A stretch of 64,000 bases of DNA from positions 75,094 through 139,093 of the forward strand of contig CBFIDD010000005.1 in the NCBI GenBank assembly GCA_965661285.1. Reading direction: 5' to 3'. Made by a program: the position numbers and the translations under genes. Numbering within the stretch: position 1 is the first letter of the stretch; each line of letters opens with the position of its first letter. Shown here in pieces: positions 57,882 to 64,000 of the stretch. The notes beneath the pieces were generated by a model. It made no database searches. It was not told the origin of the DNA and saw nothing but the letters and a program-made list of their open reading frames with translations. This DNA is from Poseidonia sp. GTDB lineage: Archaea > Thermoplasmatota > Poseidoniia > Poseidoniales > Poseidoniaceae.

Positions 57882-60800
57882 ATGTCCAGCGGACGCCATG
57901 CGAATTTTAACCGAGCCGTCGTTTTATCGCTCTTGATGATGCTGATGACCCAAGTCGGGTATCTCGATTCAATGAATCCGTGGACAAACGGGGAAGAAAC
58001 GCTCGACTCGGACGAAGTGATTTCACATACGTCTGCTGCAACGTCCGTGATGTATGGGAACAATTCGTTGTGGGCTCCTGACGGTAGTCAAATATGGAAT
58101 GTTGGCGATGAAATGATGGCCGTTACATCCGATGTTGTGTTTTATATCGGAGCCACTAATCAAAACCCTCAAGACTTTGAGAAATGTTTGGCTGCATACA
58201 ACTCCTCCAACATGACGAGATGGATTCCAAACATTGCAGGTCGATCAAATACCTGCTCGAGTAGTGCCCAAGTAGGCCAGTCGACGGCTGAATTCAACTT
58301 CATTACTCAAGTTGATGGACTCACATTTTTTGTCATGAAGGCCTCCTCAGGCAAGCAACAGATTCATGCCTACAATCCTGCAAACGACACGGTGTATCTT
58401 CACGACACCTCCCGTACTGGAAAAACTATTCTTGATAGTGTTGCAATTGGCAGAACAATATACTCACTGCAATATAGCCCCTGGATCATGACAGCATACA
58501 ACATTGACAATGGTTCTTCATGGGATATCTCAACTACAAACCAATATTATAATGATTTAAACGCCGTAGGAGGCAAAATTCTAGCTTTCAACAACAATAC
58601 ACAACAACCAGTTCAATCAAATCCGAATAATTGCAACAACACAGATTCATGTTATGAGCCATGGATTTACGATCCAGCCAACAACACATGGTTCAGGCCA
58701 ACAAGAGGAAACGAAATCATCAACTATTCCATTTCGACAACTGTGAACAAAGCCCTTGTCACCAATGGACAGATGTTTTGGGCTGACTCTAACTCCATCT
58801 ACGGAATGGGTGCGTGGGTGTTTGATTCATCCAACAACACATATTGGATGCTTGATGCAAATGCGTCAACAGGGATGTCAACTATCACAACTGGACGATC
58901 TCCAGCAATTCGTTCTGGAACATCAATTTTCTATCTTACCAGTCCTGAGTATTCGGTTTCCGGGCAAACCTTGTATGGCCTCGATCTTTGGGGTTACAGC
59001 ACTGTCAATTCGTCGAGTTGGCGTCTATCGAACATCACGGAATTGCACCAACCTGATGCTCAATATGGATGTTCACCACAGCTTGCCGGACTCGCCAATG
59101 GCGATTTTGTGATGTCCTTCGGGCGGGGTTTCGGTTGCAGCACGGTAGAAGTCGTATTTTATTCTTTAACCAACGACACGGCATGGCAAGTTTCTGGACT
59201 CGACTCTCCAAGCGATACCTCAAAGGTTTATTCTTTTCAGGGTCCTAGACTAATGGGGGTTTATGGGAACACTGTTTATTTGAAGGGTAAAACTGCATAC
59301 CCTTCCTATGATCATGGACTCATTGCTTATGACGCTACGAATGGTTCATCGTATTCAACAACGGTTACGGGAGGATTCATCTCTGGTATTTCCAGTAACC
59401 AGCCCGTACTCGGAAACGGGGGTCAATTCGTTTTCACGATGGGAAGTTATACCTGTAGCTGTAACCCTTCTTGGGCAGATAGCTCCAGATATTCGTTTGC
59501 AGTCTGGACACCAACCGCTATCACCGTTAGCGATGCATGGAATCTCACACCTGGTCAGCGTATCGATGGACCGATTACAGGAGGTTTGGGCGGCGCATCG
59601 GATTCGGGTGTAGGCGTTCAAAATCTAACCGCCAGCGCCGAAGGTGCGGAACTCACCGTCGGTGTGCCAATGACCAACATCACCTTCCAGTACAATGCCA
59701 GTGCAGCAAGTGGCTCAGGCAGCGGCTCAGGCACCACAACCAACGGCAACGGAACAACATGGGAGGTGGCTGATATCCGCAGCGGAGCAACCGGCAGCTA
59801 CCCCGGACAATACATGGAGATACTCGTCGGTGATACGCTCTATTTCAGTGCGGGTGATACAAGCGGCGGCACAGAACTGTGGGCTCATGATACCTCAAGC
59901 GCCTCAACGTGGCGGGTGGCTGATATCCGCATCGGAGCATTCGGCAGCAACCCTGGACAATACATGGTGATACTCGTCGGTGATACGCTCTACTTCAGTG
60001 CGGGTGATACAAGCGGCGGCACAGAACTGTGGGCTCATGATACCTCAAACGCCTCAACGTGGCGGGTGGCTGATATCAACAGCGGAGCAAGCGGCAGCAA
60101 CCCCGGAGATCACATGGCGATACTCGTCGGTGATACGCTCTACTTCGATGCGACTGATGGAAGCAGCGGCGACGAACTCTGGGCTCATGATACCTCAAAC
60201 GCCTCAACGTGGCGGGTGGCTGATATCCGCAGCGGATCAAGCAGCAGTAGCCCCGGACAATACATGGCGATACCCGTCGGTGATACGCTCTACTTCAGTG
60301 CGAATGGTGGTAACGGCCACGAACTGTGGGCTCATGATACCTCAAACGCCTCAACGTGGCAGGTGGCTGATATTCACAGCGGAGGGAGCAGCAGCACCCC
60401 CGGAATTTACATGGCGATACTCGTCGGTGATACGCTCTACTTCAGTGCGCATAGTCCAAGCAGCGGCTACGAACTGTGGGCTCATGATACCTCAAACGCC
60501 TCAACGTGGCAGGTGGCTGATATCCGCAGCGGAGCAACCGGCAGCAACCCCGGATATTACATGGCGATACTCGTCGGTGATACGCTCTACTTCGATGCGG
60601 ATGATGGAAGCGGCGGCATAGAACTGTGGGCTCATGATACCTCAAACGCCTCAACGTGGCAGGTGGCTGATATCCGCAGCGGAGCAAGCGGCAGCAACCC
60701 CGGAGATCACATGGCGATACTCGTCGGTGATACGCTCTACTTCGATGCGTATGATGGAAACAGCGGCCAAGAACTGTGGGCTCATGATACCTCAAACGCC

Positions 60801-63800
60801 TCAACCTGGCAGGTGACTGATATCCGCAGCGGAGCAAGCGACAGCGACCCCGGACAATACATGGCGATACTCGTCGGTGATACGCTCTACTTCAGTGCGA
60901 TTGATGGAAGCAACGGCCACGAACTGTGGGCTCATGATACCTCAAACGCCTCAACGTGGCAGGTGGCTGATATTTACAGCGGAGGAAGCCACAGCAACCC
61001 TGGACAATACATGGTGATACTCGTCGGTGATACGCTCTACTTCAGTGCGCAGGGAAGCAGCGGCCGCGAACTGTGGGCGCACCAACCATCCGAGATTACC
61101 TCACTTGGAGGCGGCTCAGGCAGCGGCTCCGGTAGCGGCTCTGGCAGCGGCTCAGGCACCACAACCAACGGCAACGGAACAACATGGCGGGTGGCTGATA
61201 TTCACGGCGGAACTGGCAGCAGCACCCCCGGAAGTTACATGGAGATACTCGTCGGTGATACGCTCTACTTCAATGCGAATGGTGGTAACGGCCACGAACT
61301 GTGGGCTCATGATACCTCAAACGCCTCAACGTGGCGGGTGGCTGATTTTAACAGCGGTTCATCAGCCAGTTACCCCGGAAATACCTTCGCGATGCTCGTC
61401 GGCGATACGCTCTACTTCAATGCGCATGATGCAAGCAGCGGCCACGAACTGTGGGCTCATGATACCTCAAACACCTCAATGTGGCAGGTGGCTGATATTT
61501 ACAGCGGAACTAGCAGCAGTAGCTCCGGACTATCCATGGAGATACTCGTCGGTGATACAATCTACTTCGATGCGTCTGATGGAAGCAGCGGCCGCGAACT
61601 GTGGGCGCATGATACCTCAAACGCCTCAACGTGGCAGGTGACTGATATCGACAGCGGATCAAGCAGCAACCCCGGAGATAACATGGCGATACTCGTCGGT
61701 GATACGCTCTACTTCAGTGCGGATGATGGTACCACCAGCACAGAACTGTGGGCTCATGATACCTCAAACGCCTCAACGTGGCAGGTGGCTGATATTAACA
61801 GCGGAGGAAGCGCCGGCAACCCCGGATATTTCATGGACATACTCGTCGGTGATACGCTCTACTTCAGTGCGACTGATGGAAACAGCGGCCACGAACTGTG
61901 GGCTCATGATACCTCAAACGCCTCAACGTGGCAGGTGGCTGATATTAACAGCGGAACATTCGGCAGCAACCCCGGAACTACCATGACGATACTCGTCGGT
62001 GATACGTTCTACTTCAATGCGAATGATGGAAGCAGCGGCTACGAACTGTGGGCTCATGATACCTCAAACGCCTCAACGTGGCAGGTGGCTGATATCCGCA
62101 GCGGAGCAAGCGACAGCAGCCCCGGACAATACACGGAGATACTCGTCGGTGATACGCTCTACTTCGATGCGAATGATGGAACCAGCAGCCACGAACTGTG
62201 GGCTCATGATACCTCAAACGCCTCAACGTGGCAGGTGGCTGATATTTTCAGCGGAACGCTCACCAGTGGAACCGGATATTACATGATGATACTCGTCGGT
62301 GATACGCTCTACTTCGATGCGGATGATGGAAGCGGCGGCATAGAACTGTGGGCTCATGATACCTCAAACGCCTCAACGTGGCGGGTGGCTAATATCCGTA
62401 GCGATTCAGCCTCCAGTACCCCCGGACAATACATGGGGATACTCGTCGGTGATACAATCTACTTCGATGCGAATGATGGAAACAGCGGCACCGAACTGTG
62501 GGCTCACCAACCAGGTGAAATCACCTCACTGAGCAGCGGCTCAAGCAGCGGCTCAGGCAGCGGCTCAGGCAGCGGCTCGGGCAGCGGCATGACCAACGTC
62601 ACCGGTGCAACCTGCAGCGTTTCACCTTCTCTTCCAACCGGCCTATCCATCGACAGCAGCACGTGCACCATCAGCGGTACACCAACGGTTGCGACGAGCA
62701 ACACGACCTACACGGTCACCGCCGTCATCAGTGGAACGACCTTCCAGACGGCCGTTTGGTTGTCCACGTCTCCGTACGGCACCATCACCTCAGCGGTGGA
62801 AGGTGCGGCGCTCAACTTGGGTGAAGCAATGACGCCGATTTCGCTCAACTACACTTCACAGGCGCCTGCAGGGTCATTTTACAGCGGAAACGGATCGTAT
62901 TGGATGACCAAAGACATCAGACCCCAACCATCCAGTTCTACTCCCATAAACCAGAAATCAAGTATGAGCACCCAAAATAATGCTCTTGTTTCAATGGGAG
63001 ACTTTGCCTATTTCGCAGCAACAAACGGAACAGTTAACGGTTTGTGGAAGAGCGATGGCACGGAATCTGGAACAGTTCTGGTCAAAGAACATCTTTGGCC
63101 AAGTTGGATGGTGAGCGATGGAAATTCCCTGTACTTCCATAATGGTTCGATGGAATTGTGGATGAGCGATGGAACAACTTCCGGTACAGTGTTGCTCAAG
63201 GAATTTAATCAAACAAACACGAGTGGTAGCTCTATTCTAACCAGTGCCCTAGGTGTCTTTGCAAACGGTCTTATGTTCTTCGTTGCCGATGATGACAATG
63301 GAAGGGAATTATGGTCGACTGATGGCACCACTTCTGGAACTCAAATGGTAAAAGACATCCGTCCTGGATATCCTTCTACTCAGACTTACAACCCGTATGA
63401 TGGTTTGTCAAGCCAATACCTCACCGTGCTTGGAAATCATGTGTATTTCGGAGCCAACGACGGAACCAACGGAAGCGAGTTGTGGAAGAGCGACGGAACG
63501 GAATCCGGTACAGTGATGGTCAACGACATAAACAGTGGAAGTGGCGACAGCTTCCAGTCTGTTTGTGCTAACTGCATGGCTGTTCTAGACAACAATATCT
63601 ACTTCTCAGCCTATACCGCAGCCAACGGTATTGAATTGTGGAAGAGTGACGGAACGGCCTCAGGCACATTGATGGTCAAAGACATCAATACGGGCACTCA
63701 GACTAGCCTTTCCCAGTTCCAGATCGTTGCTACAGAAGAGAAAATCCTCTTTATAGCGAATGATGGAATACATGGAGATGAATTGTGGAAGAGTGACGGG

Positions 63801-64000
63801 ACTGCAGCAGGAACAGCATTGTTGTCGGAATTGACTCCAACAGCTGCAGGCTCAACAATCTCACACATGACATCAATGGGTGAATTGGTATTTTTCCACG
63901 TCTATGTAAATGGTGGTGGAATATCGTACAGGGCCGCGTTTGTTTCTGATGGGACCCCAGAAGGAACATTTGCGGTTGTAAATTCGTCAAGCCTCGGCTC
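57882..64000 (+). CDS. Giant secreted surface protein with ELWxxDGT-type beta-propeller repeats and putative Ig (He_PIG-like) domains; 3' end outside window, >2000 aa
   Basis: MSSGRHANFNRAVVLSLLMMLMTQVGYLDS signal. The frame checked at start, repeats and end is the same (...FVSDGTPEGTFAVVNSSSLG). ELWAHDTSN/ELWAHQP blades x18, SPSLPTGLSIDSSTCTISGTP, ELW(K/M)SDGT and ELWSTDGT repeats. Confidence 0.9.
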   Translation, partial: MSSGRHANFNRAVVLSLLMMLMTQVGYLDSMNPWTNGEETLDSDEVISHTSAATSVMYGNNSLWAPDGSQIWNVGDEMMAVTSDVVFYIGATNQNPQDFEKCLAAYNSSNMTRWIPNIAGRSNTCSSSAQVGQSTAEFNFITQVDGLTFFVMKASSGKQQIHAYNPANDTVYLHDTSRTGKTILDSVAIGRTIYSLQYSPWIMTAYNIDNGSSWDISTTNQYYNDLNAVGGKILAFNNNTQQPVQSNPNNCNNTDSCYEPWIYDPANNTWFRPTRGNEIINYSISTTVNKALVTNGQMFWADSNSIYGMGAWVFDSSNNTYWMLDANASTGMSTITTGRSPAIRSGTSIFYLTSPEYSVSGQTLYGLDLWGYSTVNSSSWRLSNITELHQPDAQYGCSPQLAGLANGDFVMSFGRGFGCSTVEVVFYSLTNDTAWQVSGLDSPSDTSKVYSFQGPRLMGVYGNTVYLKGKTAYPSYDHGLIAYDATNGSSYSTTVTGGFISGISSNQPVLGNGGQFVFTMGSYTCSCNPSWADSSRYSFAVWTPTAITVSDAWNLTPGQRIDGPITGGLGGASDSGVGVQNLTASAEGAELTVGVPMTNITFQYNASAASGSGSGSGTTTNGNGTTWEVADIRSGATGSYPGQYMEILVGDTLYFSAGDTSGGTELWAHDTSSASTWRVADIRIGAFGSNPGQYMVILVGDTLYFSAGDTSGGTELWAHDTSNASTWRVADINSGASGSNPGDHMAILVGDTLYFDATDGSSGDELWAHDTSNASTWRVADIRSGSSSSSPGQYMAIPVGDTLYFSANGGNGHELWAHDTSNASTWQVADIHSGGSSSTPGIYMAILVGDTLYFSAHSPSSGYELWAHDTSNASTWQVADIRSGATGSNPGYYMAILVGDTLYFDADDGSGGIELWAHDTSNASTWQVADIRSGASGSNPGDHMAILVGDTLYFDAYDGNSGQELWAHDTSNASTWQVTDIRSGASDSDPGQYMAILVGDTLYFSAIDGSNGHELWAHDTSNASTWQVADIYSGGSHSNPGQYMVILVGDTLYFSAQGSSGRELWAHQPSEITSLGGGSGSGSGSGSGSGSGTTTNGNGTTWRVADIHGGTGSSTPGSYMEILVGDTLYFNANGGNGHELWAHDTSNASTWRVADFNSGSSASYPGNTFAMLVGDTLYFNAHDASSGHELWAHDTSNTSMWQVADIYSGTSSSSSGLSMEILVGDTIYFDASDGSSGRELWAHDTSNASTWQVTDIDSGSSSNPGDNMAILVGDTLYFSADDGTTSTELWAHDTSNASTWQVADINSGGSAGNPGYFMDILVGDTLYFSATDGNSGHELWAHDTSNASTWQVADINSGTFGSNPGTTMTILVGDTFYFNANDGSSGYELWAHDTSNASTWQVADIRSGASDSSPGQYTEILVGDTLYFDANDGTSSHELWAHDTSNASTWQVADIFSGTLTSGTGYYMMILVGDTLYFDADDGSGGIELWAHDTSNASTWRVANIRSDSASSTPGQYMGILVGDTIYFDANDGNSGTELWAHQPGEITSLSSGSSSGSGSGSGSGSGSGMTNVTGATCSVSPSLPTGLSIDSSTCTISGTPTVATSNTTYTVTAVISGTTFQTAVWLSTSPYGTITSAVEGAALNLGEAMTPISLNYTSQAPAGSFYSGNGSYWMTKDIRPQPSSSTPINQKSSMSTQNNALVSMGDFAYFAATNGTVNGLWKSDGTESGTVLVKEHLWPSWMVSDGNSLYFHNGSMELWMSDGTTSGTVLLKEFNQTNTSGSSILTSALGVFANGLMFFVADDDNGRELWSTDGTTSGTQMVKDIRPGYPSTQTYNPYDGLSSQYLTVLGNHVYFGANDGTNGSELWKSDGTESGTVMVNDINSGSGDSFQSVCANCMAVLDNNIYFSAYTAANGIELWKSDGTASGTLMVKDINTGTQTSLSQFQIVATEEKILFIANDGIHGDELWKSDGTAAGTALLSELTPTAAGSTISHMTSMGELVFFHVYVNGGGISYRAAFVSDGTPEGTFAVVNSSSLG
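59760..61104 (+). repeat. Intragenic tandem repeat block 1: nine 147-150 bp units
   Basis: Unit starts 59760, 59910, 60060, 60210, 60357, 60507, 60657, 60807, 60957; consensus WxVADIxSGxxxSxPGxxMxILVGDTLYFxAxDGxxGxELWAHDTSNAST. Confidence 0.93.
61185..62529 (+). repeat. Intragenic tandem repeat block 2: nine 147-150 bp units
   Basis: Unit starts 61185, 61332, 61482, 61632, 61779, 61929, 62079, 62229, 62379; same consensus, ends HQPGEITSL plus a GS linker as in block 1. Confidence 0.93.

Noticed and set aside
59695-62286. Track ORFs with MIPQTPQRGRWL repeats
   Set aside because: Off-frame readings of the giant gene starting at 57882.
59760-62529. CRISPR array or classical DGR
   Set aside because: The units are in-frame 49-50 codon protein repeats with homologous, not unique, variable parts. 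No cas or reverse transcriptase gene is in the window, and scaffold adenines are not mutated.

Overview
An archaeal chromosome segment, most likely Marine Group II Thermoplasmatota (Ca. Poseidoniales). The evidence is radA, the pus10-rpl21e-rpo4-DUF655-rsmA cluster, archaeal-type adenylate kinase with a CDP-alcohol phosphatidyltransferase, an A1-U72 initiator tRNA, bacterial-type maeB/icd/xseAB/rlmH, two MMPL transporters and giant secreted proteins. It holds about 55 densely packed CDS and two tRNAs (Met-i, Thr-CGT). Two giant secreted beta-propeller genes run off the window ends (1-6043 minus, 57882-64000 plus) and are therefore missing from the supplied ORF track. The most unusual region is the AT-richer right end. 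There an HTH-10 regulator gene is bracketed exactly by an 18-bp inverted repeat and followed by a giant surface protein. That protein contains 2x9 near-identical 150-bp propeller-blade repeats whose two loops are hypervariable at codon positions 1-2 and appear shuffled between non-adjacent repeats. Other notable items are a multi-histone-fold protein, a claudin-like 4-TM protein, a SAP-like insertion in Pus10, a TPR-PIN protein, a repeated TTCACTTT motif upstream of radA, and a recurrent non-canonical TATA element (TTCAAR) about 30 nt before start codons. All family assignments come from motif recognition by eye; no searches were run.
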